From positions 75,370 to 139,369 of the forward strand of contig CAYNTF010000003.1 of NCBI GenBank assembly GCA_964400145.1: a stretch of 64,000 nucleotides of DNA. The letters are read 5' to 3'. The translations under genes and the position numbers were made by a program. The stretch comes from an uncultured Lachnospiraceae bacterium. GTDB taxonomy: Bacteria; Bacillota; Clostridia; Christensenellales; UBA1242. A model generated the notes under the pieces. That model saw only the letters and a list, made by a program, of their open reading frames with translations. It did no database searches and was not told the DNA's origin. This document shows, in pieces, positions 1 through 10,426 of the stretch (within the stretch, counting starts at the first letter, position 1; the number at the start of each line of letters is the position of its first letter).

Positions 1-1641
1 GAGTTCCCCACCTGTTGGAAAATCTGGACCTTTGATTATCTTCATCATATTGTCAAGACTGATCCGCGGATTGTCGATATACGCAACAACGCCGTCAATC
101 ACTTCGCCAAGATTGTGAGGCGGAATGTTTGTGGCAACACCAACTGCAATACCCGAAGTTCCATTGACCAAAAGATTTGGAAAACGCCCCGGAAGCACAT
201 CAGGTTCTTTCAAAGTGTCGTCAAAGTTAAGCCCCCAACGCACAGTGTCCTTTTCTAAATCACGAAGCAACTCCATTGCAAGCGGAGTCATGCGCGCTTC
301 GGTGTATCTCATTGCCGCCGCGCTATCTCCGTCCACCGACCCGAAGTTTCCATGCCCATCAACAAGCGGTGCACGCAAAATGAAATCTTGCGACATGCGC
401 ACCATGGCGTCATAGACAGAAGAGTCGCCGTGCGGATGATATTTACCCATGCAATCACCGACGATTCTGGCTGATTTTCTGTATGGTTTATCAGGAGTCA
501 ACCCAAGTTCCAGCATGGAATATAAAATTCTTCTTTGCACAGGTTTCAATCCGTCTTCAACACGCGGAAGCGCTCTGTCAAGCACAACATGTTCGGTGTA
601 TGGAATCATGGAATCGTGTAAAACTTCTTCAAGCGGTTTATACAAAATTCCATTCCCGCCGTAATATCCACCCACTGAATTTCCATCGCCGTGAATGTTG
701 TCGTCGTGAGTATGCATTTCCTCGTTTTGAGAAAATGTCATTTTTTCATTCAAATTTTCTTGTTTTCTGTCTTCTTTCATTTTTTCCTCTGGATTTTTTT
801 GTTTTAAATTTTCATTTTTTTGTTTTATATTCTCTTCGTCATCTTCTTCGGTGTCTTCTTCGTTTTCATCAAGATTTTCTTCTTCATATTCGTAACGATG
901 ATTTTGATAATCGTTCATATCAATTTCGATACTTTTTAAATATTTCTGATAAATCTTTTGATATTTCTCTGAATTTTCTTCTTCAACTTGCTCGTCTATA
1001 TCGTCATTTTCATCGCCATCATCATTGATGTTTATATCTTCATTCTTTTCATCTTTTTTGTCATTTTTTTTAGTTTTTTCATCGTTTTTTATTGATTTTT
1101 CTGTATTTTCATCATTTTTTTCGGGTTTTTCTTCAATTTTGATGTCAATTTCGTCATTTTCAATGTGATTTACATCAACATCTTCGTCTTTCTCGTTAAA
1201 TTTCTCTTCAAATTCTGTGATTTCTGTGTCATTTTGCTCGTTTTTTATCTCATTTTCATATATTTTTTCACTTTTTTCTTCATTTTTTTCGATTTTTTCG
1301 TGATTTATTTGATTTTTTTCATGATTTAGTTCGGTTGTTTCATAATTTTCTCTTTCGTTTTGTCGTTCATAAAAATCATTCTTTTTTTCTTCCGAATTTT
1401 TGTTTTCAGTCAAATTTTCAAGATTTTTTTCAATCTCATTTTGTCGAGTTATGCTTTGCGATATTTCTTTCTTTTCTTCCTTCTGTTCTTCCAAACTCCA
1501 AATGTCCAACTGCCCCTTTGCAACGCTGTGGTCTTCTTCAACTTTTTCTTCGTCTTGTTCTGGAAGCAAAAGTTCGTCATAGCATATTTGCCCAGGAATT
1601 GGCTCTATTGGCTCTCTGTCATCGAATTCATCATCTATCAT
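1..1641 (-). CDS. Type IIA topoisomerase subunit A (GyrA/ParC-type), 5' part, runs off the left edge; carries a ~320-codon acidic low-complexity N-terminal extension
   Basis: Hand translation of the minus strand from ATG 1641 (GAGGG 7 nt upstream) is open down to nt 1. Below ~nt 640 it reads [29 protein letters not shown]...[22 protein letters not shown]...[15 protein letters not shown]. It lies directly downstream of the B-subunit gene. Confidence 0.9.
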   Translation of the reverse strand, partial: MIDDEFDDREPIEPIPGQICYDELLLPEQDEEKVEEDHSVAKGQLDIWSLEEQKEEKKEISQSITRQNEIEKNLENLTENKNSEEKKNDFYERQNERENYETTELNHEKNQINHEKIEKNEEKSEKIYENEIKNEQNDTEITEFEEKFNEKDEDVDVNHIENDEIDIKIEEKPEKNDENTEKSIKNDEKTKKNDKKDEKNEDININDDGDENDDIDEQVEEENSEKYQKIYQKYLKSIEIDMNDYQNHRYEYEEENLDENEEDTEEDDEENIKQKNENLKQKNPEEKMKEDRKQENLNEKMTFSQNEEMHTHDDNIHGDGNSVGGYYGGNGILYKPLEEVLHDSMIPYTEHVVLDRALPRVEDGLKPVQRRILYSMLELGLTPDKPYRKSARIVGDCMGKYHPHGDSSVYDAMVRMSQDFILRAPLVDGHGNFGSVDGDSAAAMRYTEARMTPLAMELLRDLEKDTVRWGLNFDDTLKEPDVLPGRFPNLLVNGTSGIAVGVATNIPPHNLGEVIDGVVAYIDNPRISLDNMMKIIKGPDFPTGGEL

Positions 1642-1699
1642 TCAAACGCCCTCGACTTTTTTTATTTTCAATCACATTCTTGAAAAAACTTCGAAAAAA

Positions 1700-3652
1700 T
1701 CAAATCTTTTTATATTCTTTCATAAACATATCTTCTTTGTCAAAGTTTGCATGCTCTGAAATATATGCCTTTCTCTCTTCAATCGCATCGCCCATGAGTG
1801 TGGTTATCATCTTCTCCGCTTGTGCTGCGTCTTCAATGGTCACCTGAATGAGTGTTCTGTTTTCTGGGTCCATGGTTGTTTCCCAAAGTTGTTCTGGATT
1901 CATTTCGCCAAGACCTTTATATCTCTGAATCATGTAACCCTTCCCCGCGCTTGCAACTGCTTCGGCAAGTTCAGCGTCGGAATAAACATATTTTTCATAA
2001 TCTTTTTTATACACCTTATAAAGCGGTGGAAGCCCAATGAAGACATGCCCGTCGGTGATGAGTTGTTTCATATATCGATAGAAGAAAGTCAGCAAAATTG
2101 CACGAATATGCGCGCCGTCTTGGTCGGCATCGGACAAGATGATCACCTTGTTATATCTCAATGTGGACAAATCAAAATCTTCTCCAAAACCTGTGTCAAG
2201 CGCCGAGATGATTGTTCTTATCTCTTCGTTGGCAAGCACTTGGTCAACTCTCTTCTTTTCAACATTAAGCGGTTTTCCGCGAAGTGGCAAAATGGCTTGA
2301 TATCTTCGATCTCTCCCCTGCTTTGCACTTCCGCCAGCCGAATCACCTTCCACGATGAACAATTCGTTCTTTGTTCTGTCGCGTGATGTGGAAGATGCAA
2401 GTTTTCCCACCAAATTGAAGTTCTCCGCATTGTTCTTTGCACGCGTTAACTCTTTGGCTTTTTTGGCTGCAATTCTCACTCTCGCCGCTTGCTTTGCTTT
2501 CTCAACGATAACTTCTGCCATTGTCGAATTTTGCTTTTCAGCAAGCAAACGCCCAAGTTCTTGCAGTGTCAGGGCTTCAACTTCGGTTCTGGCTTCTGGA
2601 TTTCCAAGTTTTGTTTTGGTCTGCCCTTCAAACTGCACATTATTCATCTTCAAATTGATGACCGTCACAAGCCCTTCACGAAAATCCTCGCCAAGCAAAT
2701 TTGGTTCTTTATCTTTCAAAAAGTTGTTGGAGCGCGCATAGTCGTTAAACGCTTTTGTGAAGGCACTCTTGAAACCAATCTCATGCATTCCACCTTCGGT
2801 TGTTGGAATGTTGTTGACATATGAGAATGTGTTTTCTGTGTAACTGTCGGTGGAGATGAAAGCCACTTCCAAATCAATAATCTTGGTCTGCGCATGGAAG
2901 AACATTGGAGTTTTGAAAAGCGGACTTTTTCCTTCAACAAGGTAGGAAACAAAATCGACCGTTCCGCCTTCGTAATGAAATTGGTCTTCCACGCCCGTTC
3001 TTAAATCTTTGACAACAATTCTCAAACCTTTGTTCAAAAATGCAAGTTCGCGCGCTCTTCTGGAAATCACTTCATAGTTAAACGACTGCTTTCCAAAAAC
3101 CCTGTCATCTGGCAAGAATGTGACAGATGTTCCGCTGGCATCACTTTCGCCGATTTCCTTTAATGGCGCTTTGGCAATACCGCTGTGAATTTTGCCTATT
3201 TCGTCTTCATATGAATGAAATTCGATAAAATATTTTTTTCCATCCTTGCACACTGTGACATTGCACCACCTTGACAATGCGTTGGTAACCGAAGCGCCCA
3301 CGCCGTGCAAACCACCTGAGAACTTATAGTTTTCGTTGTTAAACTTTCCGCCAGCATGCAAAGTTGTGTAGACAACTTCCACCCCGCTTTTGCGAAGAGT
3401 TGGATGCATATCAACAGGAATTCCTCGACCATTATCTTCAACGGTGGCACTGCCATCTTGATTTAATGTGATTCGAATTGTGTCGCCATGCCCATTGGAA
3501 ATTTCATCAATGGCGTTATCAACAATTTCCCACAAAATATGGTGAAACCCGCGCGCACTTGTTGTGCCGATATACATACCCGGACGCAATCTCACTGCAT
3601 CCAATCCATCCAACACGACAATATCTTTTGATTTGTATTCTTTCTCTGACAT
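1700..3652 (-). CDS. Type IIA topoisomerase subunit B (GyrB/ParE-type)
   Basis: ORF 1700..3679. MSEKEY start at 3652 has GGAG 6 nt upstream. Motifs LDGLDAVRLRPGMYIG, EIVDNAIDE, Toprim EGDSAGG and PLRGK. Confidence 0.95.
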   Translation of the reverse strand: MSEKEYKSKDIVVLDGLDAVRLRPGMYIGTTSARGFHHILWEIVDNAIDEISNGHGDTIRITLNQDGSATVEDNGRGIPVDMHPTLRKSGVEVVYTTLHAGGKFNNENYKFSGGLHGVGASVTNALSRWCNVTVCKDGKKYFIEFHSYEDEIGKIHSGIAKAPLKEIGESDASGTSVTFLPDDRVFGKQSFNYEVISRRARELAFLNKGLRIVVKDLRTGVEDQFHYEGGTVDFVSYLVEGKSPLFKTPMFFHAQTKIIDLEVAFISTDSYTENTFSYVNNIPTTEGGMHEIGFKSAFTKAFNDYARSNNFLKDKEPNLLGEDFREGLVTVINLKMNNVQFEGQTKTKLGNPEARTEVEALTLQELGRLLAEKQNSTMAEVIVEKAKQAARVRIAAKKAKELTRAKNNAENFNLVGKLASSTSRDRTKNELFIVEGDSAGGSAKQGRDRRYQAILPLRGKPLNVEKKRVDQVLANEEIRTIISALDTGFGEDFDLSTLRYNKVIILSDADQDGAHIRAILLTFFYRYMKQLITDGHVFIGLPPLYKVYKKDYEKYVYSDAELAEAVASAGKGYMIQRYKGLGEMNPEQLWETTMDPENRTLIQVTIEDAAQAEKMITTLMGDAIEERKAYISEHANFDKEDMFMKEYKKI

Positions 3653-3782
3653 ATTCGCTCCAAAAAAATAGATTTTCACTATATTTTAACACAAAAATCA
3701 ATTTTATTAAAACAAAAATGCGCATTTTTAACAAATTTTAGCAAATGAAATTATTTTATTGCAACCATAAAATAAAAAATTA

Positions 3783-3816
3783 AAAAAAATAAAAAGGCGG
3801 ACTTGAAGCCCGCTTG
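3783..3816 (-). terminator. Rho-independent terminator after plsC
   Basis: GGCGG/CCGCT stem followed by a T-run on the minus strand. Confidence 0.6.
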
Positions 3817-3873
3817 CTTTTTGCTCGCAACAATTTTTTTTAGCGACGACCGACAAAATTAATATGTCAGAAT

Positions 3874-4461
3874 TTATTTTTCTTCTCTCAGTTCAAGCAT
3901 CTTTTCACGAATAATTTGGTTGGCGCGTTCCAAAGTTTCTTCGTCAAGTTTGACGCCATAAAACTGTGAAAGTTCATATGGCTGTCCGATGTGATAGACG
4001 CTTCGGTGAAAAAGTTTGGGTTTCTTTTCAATCCAAATTGGCACAATCGGTGTTTTTGTTTTTATTGCAATCAGTGCCAGCCCGCTTTTTATCTCGCCCA
4101 GCACTTCGTTTTCATTTTTAAGCCTTGTGCCTTCTGGAAAAATGAAAAGTTGTTTGTTTTCCTTCAAAGCCTTCATGCATTGTTTTATGGCGTTGATGTC
4201 GTTGGCGTCGCGGTCAATTTCAATTCCGCCCAGATATCGCAGAATTGCTCCAAAAAATTTGTTCTTGAAAAGTTCCTTTTTTGCCAAAATCTTAACTTTT
4301 TTGCGTGTGTGCAAAAGATATAACACAATATCCCAATTTGAGCGATGATTTGCTGACAAAATCGCCTTCCCTTTTGGCAAATTTTTCTTTCCGATGATTT
4401 TGGTTGGATGCATGATTGAAAGTGGAATCCAAAGCAACGCTTTCAAAAGTTTATAGAACAT
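3874..4461 (-). CDS. plsC: 1-acyl-sn-glycerol-3-phosphate acyltransferase
   Basis: NHRSNWD (HX4D) and FPEGTR motifs. Start placed at MFYKLL; an upstream in-frame ATG at 4533 is also possible. Confidence 0.85.
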   Translation of the reverse strand: MFYKLLKALLWIPLSIMHPTKIIGKKNLPKGKAILSANHRSNWDIVLYLLHTRKKVKILAKKELFKNKFFGAILRYLGGIEIDRDANDINAIKQCMKALKENKQLFIFPEGTRLKNENEVLGEIKSGLALIAIKTKTPIVPIWIEKKPKLFHRSVYHIGQPYELSQFYGVKLDEETLERANQIIREKMLELREEK

Positions 4462-4691
4462 CAATCTCAACTCTCCCAGATATTTTTTCCATAAATATTT
4501 TTTATAACTATATGTGCCCCTATATGTGACCACATGATTATGTGGACTTATGTTGTGATATGATTATGTTGTAAATATAGTTATATAGTTATATGAATTA
4601 GATATAAATTTATTTGCCCGTATCATATCAGTTTAACTATATCATTATATCAGTTTAATTTCAAAAAAATCAATCTATTGTGAAATTAAAC

Positions 4692-5897
4692 TCACCTTTT
4701 ATCAAAATTTTTTGCACAAGAAACCGCTTCCGCCCAGCATATTTGCAAATTGAAACCGCCTGTCAGAGCGTCAACATCCAACACTTCACCCAAGAAATAA
4801 AGTCCGCTGACAAGTTTACTTTCAAAAGTTTTTGGATTGATTTGCGAAAGTTCCACTCCGCCACTTGTCACAATGCCCGCATCCAAGTCATAGAGTCCGC
4901 CAAAGTGAAGCGGAAATTCTTTAAGATTTTTGACAATCTTCTCTCGTTCTTCCTTGGTTATGGAATTTATCTTTTTCTCGCCATCAAGACCAATTTTTTT
5001 GACAAAAACTTCTGCAACCGCTTTTGGAAGAAGTCCGCGCATAACCGATTTCAATTCCTTATTCTTCGCTCCGTCAAAATCGCGCAAAAGACGATTTTCC
5101 AACTGCTTTGTTGAAAGCGCTGGCTTGAAATCAAGCGACAACTCCACTTCTCTCGCGCGATTGACAAAACTTGAAGTTGTCAACACAATCGGCCCCGTGA
5201 TTCCACAATCAGTGAACATCATCTCGCCAAAAAATTCTTTCTTTTTGCCGTCAAAATTCACTTTCAGCGAAACATTTTTAAGCGACACTCCTTGAAGAGA
5301 AGAAACATCATCTTTAAGCTTGATTGGACAAAGCGCCGGCACGATTGGCACAATCTTATGCCCAAAATTCTGAGCAAATTTATAACCGCTTCCGTCACTT
5401 CCTGTCGACGAATAACTCTTCCCGCCCGTTGCAACAACAACCTTATCAAACTCAAACTTATGTTCATCGGTTGTCAAGAGAAATTTGGCGCCCAATTTCT
5501 CAATCTTTTTCACATTTTGCTTAAAACAAAATTTAACATCACGGCAGTGTTCTTTCAAAACTTTGATGACATCACTCGACTTGTCGCTCTCGGGAAAAAC
5601 ACGATTTCCACGCTCCAACTTTGTTCTCAGCCCCAATTCTTCAAAGAAGTTGACCGTATCTTGACTTGTGAAATTATAAATTGCCGAGCGCACAAATTTT
5701 TCGCCACACACAACAGATTGCAAAAACTCATCCGGCGGACACAAATTTGTGAGATTGCATCTCCCCTTGCCTGTTATGTAAAGTTTCTTTCCAGCCTTTT
5801 CATTATGGTCAAGCACAGTGACATCATGCCCGCTCTTAGTCAAAAGCCCAGCCACCATAAGCCCGCTTGCGCCACCACCAACAACTGCAACTTTCAT
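4692..5897 (-). CDS. HI0933/BaiN-family NAD(P)/FAD-dependent oxidoreductase
   Basis: N-terminal VVGGGASG dinucleotide fold and TGKGRCNLTN motif; ~400 aa. Confidence 0.8.
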   Translation of the reverse strand: MKVAVVGGGASGLMVAGLLTKSGHDVTVLDHNEKAGKKLYITGKGRCNLTNLCPPDEFLQSVVCGEKFVRSAIYNFTSQDTVNFFEELGLRTKLERGNRVFPESDKSSDVIKVLKEHCRDVKFCFKQNVKKIEKLGAKFLLTTDEHKFEFDKVVVATGGKSYSSTGSDGSGYKFAQNFGHKIVPIVPALCPIKLKDDVSSLQGVSLKNVSLKVNFDGKKKEFFGEMMFTDCGITGPIVLTTSSFVNRAREVELSLDFKPALSTKQLENRLLRDFDGAKNKELKSVMRGLLPKAVAEVFVKKIGLDGEKKINSITKEEREKIVKNLKEFPLHFGGLYDLDAGIVTSGGVELSQINPKTFESKLVSGLYFLGEVLDVDALTGGFNLQICWAEAVSCAKNFDKR

Positions 5898-5962
5898 TTT
5901 TTATCTCTTCCTTTATTCAATGCTCTCATCATCAACAGCAAGTTCAGGATCATCTTCTCTCC

Positions 5963-6664
5963 TTAATTCCTGAAACTTTCAATCTCTTCTTGACTCATTG
6001 GCTTGGTCTTTCCGCGCGAAAGTCCGCCAAGACGAACATTCCCAATGCGCACTCTCTTCAAAAGAACAATCGTTCGCCCTATGCAATCAAACATTCTGCG
6101 CACTTGGTGATTTTGCCCTTCGTCAATACAAACAGAAAGTTTGGTGTTCCGTCCGTCAAAACTCAAAAACTTAACTTTCGCTTTTGGCATTCTCACGCCA
6201 TTTTCCACAACGCCGTTTCGAAGAACAGCAAGTTCGCTTTCCTTCATTTCACCTTCAACTGTGACTTGATATTCCTTTTCAAAGTGAAATTTTGGATGCG
6301 TCACAAGATTGGCAAACTCGCCGTCATTGGTCAAAAAAATCAATCCTTCGGTGTTATAATCCAGCCTGCCCACATGCACAAGTCTTTCGTCACAATCCAC
6401 CAAATCAAAGATGGTTTTTCTACCCTTTTCGTCCTTTCTGGTGCAAGCATAGCCCTTTGGTTTGTTTAATTTCAGATAGACGAATTCTTTTGGCATGACC
6501 ACATTTTGTCCGTCCACTTTGACAACATCTTTTTTCTCGTTTATGGTCGTGCCAAGTTCGTTGACAATTTTTCCATTGACCATAACGCGTCCAGAAGATA
6601 TGATTTCGTCACATTTTCTTCTTGAAGCCACTCCGCAAAGTGCCAGAAATTTGTTTAATCTCAT
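5963..6664 (-). CDS. rluB: rRNA pseudouridine synthase, RsuA/RluB family
   Basis: S4 domain at MRLNKFLA..GVASRR; GRLDYNTEGL catalytic motif. Confidence 0.85.
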   Translation of the reverse strand: MRLNKFLALCGVASRRKCDEIISSGRVMVNGKIVNELGTTINEKKDVVKVDGQNVVMPKEFVYLKLNKPKGYACTRKDEKGRKTIFDLVDCDERLVHVGRLDYNTEGLIFLTNDGEFANLVTHPKFHFEKEYQVTVEGEMKESELAVLRNGVVENGVRMPKAKVKFLSFDGRNTKLSVCIDEGQNHQVRRMFDCIGRTIVLLKRVRIGNVRLGGLSRGKTKPMSQEEIESFRN

Positions 6665-6783
6665 AAAAAAATCCTTTTTGCAAATTTATCAAAAAGTCAA
6701 TCAGCAAGAAGGATTTAAAAAGATTTTCAATCAAGTTGTTTCAACATCCAGCGCAACGGCACAAAGATGCGTCAACAACTCCT

Positions 6784-7956
6784 TTATTCATCAAGCGGTT
6801 CAACCGCCCAATTATTGAAGAAATCGCCCATTCTTTGCCAAATTGACTTAGGTTTGATTTCTTCTATTGTATAAATTTTTTCGGAAAATAGCAAGTCATT
6901 ATTCAAAAATATTTCAACTTTTCCAATTTCTGTGCCTTTTTCCAGCGGAGCTTCCACGCTTTGCGGATAGGTGTAGACAATTTTGATGTTTTCCAATTCG
7001 CTGTCAGTGAGCGGATAGACAAAACTTTCTTTGGTTCCAATTTTAGCGCTTTCCACTCGCCCGTCAACAACTTCAATCGTTTGGTTGTAGTCATAAAGTT
7101 CGGTTAAATCGTGAAGTTTGAAATTCTCTGCGCACTCTTGAAGCATGCTGGCACTTTCTGGAAACATAGGTCCACAATTAAGAACCACGCAAACAATTCT
7201 CATTCCGTCCTTTTCAATCGCAGAAACAAGACAGCGTCCCGCATCGTCTGTGAAGCCTGTTTTCACGCCTATGCACCCGTCAAGCGTGAAAAGAAGTTTG
7301 TTTTTGTTTTTCAAATATCTGTTTTCACCGTCGCCTTTTGTGATTTTGATGTTTTTTGTGCCGACAATCTCTCTGAAAGTGTCATTTTCCAACGCATAGG
7401 CAGTTATCAGCGCCAAGTCATAAGCGGTGGTGTAATGCCCGTCAGCGTCAAGCCCGTGCGTGTTGGCAAAGTGAGAATTTTCCGCCCCAATTTTACGCGC
7501 CAAATCATTCATCATCGTCACAAATTCGCTTGTCGAGCCAGCAACATGTTCAGCGATTGCCACAGAAGCGTCATTTCCAGAAATTAGCATCAAGGCATAC
7601 AAAAGGTCGCGCGTGGAATAGACATCGCCTTGTCGAAGATAGAGCGAAGTTCCCGGCACTCCAACTGCTTTTGGCGAAATTTCAAATTTTTCGTCAAGGT
7701 CAGTGCAATTTTCAAGCGCCGTGATTGCCGTCATAATTTTTGTCGTGCTTGCCATTGGAAGTTTTGCGTTTTCGTTGACAGCAAAAAGTTTTCGTTTTGT
7801 GGAAGTTTCAATCACCGCACAACCCTTTGCGGAAGTGTATAGATTGAGAGCGCTTGCGTTTAAACTGTATGTATTTGCAACTCCAAAAAAAAGGAAAATA
7901 GCACAGAAAGACAATATCACAAAAATCGAAAAAACCTTATTAATTCTCATCGACAT
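6784..7956 (-). CDS. D-alanyl-D-alanine carboxypeptidase (peptidase S11)
   Basis: Signal/TM segment, ASTTK (SxxK), SGND and KTG motifs. Start uncertain (7998, 7956 or 7950). Confidence 0.85.
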   Translation of the reverse strand: MSMRINKVFSIFVILSFCAIFLFFGVANTYSLNASALNLYTSAKGCAVIETSTKRKLFAVNENAKLPMASTTKIMTAITALENCTDLDEKFEISPKAVGVPGTSLYLRQGDVYSTRDLLYALMLISGNDASVAIAEHVAGSTSEFVTMMNDLARKIGAENSHFANTHGLDADGHYTTAYDLALITAYALENDTFREIVGTKNIKITKGDGENRYLKNKNKLLFTLDGCIGVKTGFTDDAGRCLVSAIEKDGMRIVCVVLNCGPMFPESASMLQECAENFKLHDLTELYDYNQTIEVVDGRVESAKIGTKESFVYPLTDSELENIKIVYTYPQSVEAPLEKGTEIGKVEIFLNNDLLFSEKIYTIEEIKPKSIWQRMGDFFNNWAVEPLDE

Positions 7957-8365
7957 TTTCTCCACCTTTTTCTTCTTTTTGTTTTTTATCTTTTTCAAGT
8001 TTTTGAAGAAGAGAATTGAACATATTTAAAACTGTTTGATAGAGAGATTTATTCTCCACATTAACAAAATCCACATCGCCATCAGAAGTCAAAATAAGAA
8101 ATCCAACAGGAGAAACACTCATCCCGCCTGAACTTCCACCTGTCATCGGAAAATGATTTCCAACCCGTCTTGCAGAAAGGTCGGCATATTCTCCGCCACC
8201 AACAACAAAGCCCACAGTCACTTTTGAAATTGGAATGATTGTTGTGCCGTCGGGCGCTTGAATGCTCTCGCCAACAATCGTGCTGGAATCGACAATCGTC
8301 TTGATTTTTTCCATGGCATTTGCAATCATGTCGTTGATTGAAGTTGAGTTTGTGTATACTCTCAT
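7940..8365 (-). CDS. ytfJ: Sporulation protein YtfJ/GerW
   Basis: PISKVTVGFVVGGGEY ... GGSGGGMSVSPVGFLIL. AGGAG precedes MRVYTN. Confidence 0.85.
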   Translation of the reverse strand: MRVYTNSTSINDMIANAMEKIKTIVDSSTIVGESIQAPDGTTIIPISKVTVGFVVGGGEYADLSARRVGNHFPMTGGSSGGMSVSPVGFLILTSDGDVDFVNVENKSLYQTVLNMFNSLLQKLEKDKKQKEEKGGENVDEN

Positions 8366-8447
8366 AACATCTCCTTTTTTTCGCTTATTGTGTTTTGCAT
8401 TGCATACTACCACAACATATTGTGTGGTATGCAACATAATACACCAC

Positions 8448-9092
8448 TTATTGCGTATTTTGTTTCTTTGTTAATATGAGCGAAAGAATAAAAGAATATA
8501 CAACATCAAAAAAAGAAATTGAAAGTGCCACCCTTCCTGCAATCTCGCTTTGCGGTTTGTTGTATGAAACCGTGTCGTAGATACAAAAGGATGCAGTCGG
8601 TTTTTTACTCTTCACAAAAAGACAAATGTAGGTGAAAATTTGATTGAGAAGTCCGCAAATCATGGCACTTTGAAAAGCGTCGCCCGTGCCAATGTTATAA
8701 AAAACCAAACATTTTTTAAGTCGTATTTTATCTTTGATTTGTCTGCCAAATTCTTCAATAAGAGCAAACTGCGGGCTGGAAAATTCCAACGCTTGCCGTT
8801 TTGTTTCTTTCTTGTTTTGAAGTTCAATATACTTTCCATGAAAGGAAACGATGAAATATAATATGTTGATTTTAAAAACAAAAATGGCAATCACCCCGCG
8901 ATTATACATCGGATTAAACGAAATGCGCACTTCAAAGAAAACAGGAAAAACAAGCAGTATGATGAACACTGCTGGAATTATGTAATAGAGTGAAATTTGC
9001 CAATCCATGTTTAATATTTTGTTTAAAATACTCAAAAAAATACGGAGCCGAAAAATCTTGTCCACTCCGCCTTTTTGTTTGTTGTTTTTCAC
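8448..9092 (-). CDS. ytfI: DUF2953 (YtfI-like) membrane protein
   Basis: Sits immediately upstream of ytfJ as in Bacillus; N-terminal TM segment; size fits. Start uncertain. Confidence 0.5.
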   Translation of the reverse strand: MKNNKQKGGVDKIFRLRIFLSILNKILNMDWQISLYYIIPAVFIILLVFPVFFEVRISFNPMYNRGVIAIFVFKINILYFIVSFHGKYIELQNKKETKRQALEFSSPQFALIEEFGRQIKDKIRLKKCLVFYNIGTGDAFQSAMICGLLNQIFTYICLFVKSKKPTASFCIYDTVSYNKPQSEIAGRVALSISFFDVVYSFILSLILTKKQNTQ

Positions 9093-10300
9093 TTTTTGTT
9101 TTTCATGGCATATCTGACAACTTTGTTGACATTTTGATAATTTATGTGAATGTTTATGCCAAAATAGTCCGCATAAGGTTGTTTCATAATCAACTGATAA
9201 ATCTCTTTGAAGGCATCTTTTTTGAGCGCTTTAAGTCCACTTTGAATTTCCGTCAACCGATTTGGATTTTCCATAAGAAAGTTCAATTTCTTTGTCAAGT
9301 CGTTCATATTTTTGAAACTCATGCACAAGCCTTTGTCTTCCAAATACTTTATGTTATATTTCTCTTGGCTTGGAAGTTTTTTCGTGGCAAGAAGTGGCAA
9401 CCCTTTGTTTATGCTTTCGGTCGTCGACAAACCACCGCCTTTTCCAACTAAACAATCGCAAGCACTCATGATGACATCAATTTCTTTTGAAAAGCCGATA
9501 TTTTGGATGATAAAATTGTTTGGACATCTTACAATTTTTCTGTCAATTTTCTGCTTGGTTTTCGCATCGTTGCCGTTCACAACAACAATTTGCACTTCCT
9601 TTTTTATTCTCTTCAACAAAGATTTCAAAATTTTGTAAGCCCCCGATGTTCCACCACCGAAAAGAATAAGAATTGTGAACACATCTTGCTTCAAACCCAA
9701 TTTTTCTTTGGCAATTCGCTTGTCAATTTTCTCGTTAAACTTCTCTGAAACAGGAAGACCTGTGCAAATCAGGTTTTCACTTTTAAAACCTCTGTCAATC
9801 AACTCCGCTTTGAATTTTTCTTCTGTCAGAGTGAGCAAGTCCACCCCGCCGATATTCGTTTCCCAAAACGGCGAGATGACATAGTCCAACATACACGCAA
9901 TGTTCACACTCGGCAATTTATACACCCGTCGCAAGTTCGCCAGCACCGTTCCACAAGCGTAGTGAGTGGCATATATAACATCTGGCTGAAAGTCATAGAT
10001 AATCTTCAACAAAAAGCCGTGAACTTTTCTGACAAATTTCTGGCACAGGCAATTTTTGTCATCTTTATAACTCTTCCGCTTATATTTGTTGTAAAAATGG
10101 TTAAAAAATGGAAGAAGATATTTCACCGAAAGAAAATACCCTTCATTCTGCTCCCAAGCAATAAATTTAAGTTTGGCGTCCTTGAAAATGTCCACCACTC
10201 TAACTTCGCAACCCGCCTTCTCCAACCTGTCTTTCATGGCATACGCAGCCGAATTGTGTCCATTCCCCGCCGTCACAGTTAAAATCAAAATCTTTTTCAC
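9089..10300 (-). CDS. MGDG-synthase/UgtP-like diacylglycerol glycosyltransferase (GT28)
   Basis: KKILILTVTAGNGHNSAA N-terminal motif. GTG start at 10300 chosen because the longer ORF overlaps the divergent gene. Confidence 0.75.
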   Translation of the reverse strand: MKKILILTVTAGNGHNSAAYAMKDRLEKAGCEVRVVDIFKDAKLKFIAWEQNEGYFLSVKYLLPFFNHFYNKYKRKSYKDDKNCLCQKFVRKVHGFLLKIIYDFQPDVIYATHYACGTVLANLRRVYKLPSVNIACMLDYVISPFWETNIGGVDLLTLTEEKFKAELIDRGFKSENLICTGLPVSEKFNEKIDKRIAKEKLGLKQDVFTILILFGGGTSGAYKILKSLLKRIKKEVQIVVVNGNDAKTKQKIDRKIVRCPNNFIIQNIGFSKEIDVIMSACDCLVGKGGGLSTTESINKGLPLLATKKLPSQEKYNIKYLEDKGLCMSFKNMNDLTKKLNFLMENPNRLTEIQSGLKALKKDAFKEIYQLIMKQPYADYFGINIHINYQNVNKVVRYAMKNKK

Positions 10301-10426
10301 CCCTTTATTATAACATTTTTTTTGATTTTGACAAATATTTTTAAAATTTGTTATGAAATATTTTTTATTTGAGTTAAAATAGACATGGAAAACATAAAAA
10401 AATCTTAAAAATGGAAAGGAGTGACA

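Noticed and set aside
1-3679. The topoisomerase B/A pair as a marker of the replication origin region
   Set aside because: No dnaA, dnaN or recF and no DnaA-box cluster lie upstream; the neighbour is plsC. The pair may equally be parE/parC. I cannot tell GyrBA from ParEC with the sequence visible.
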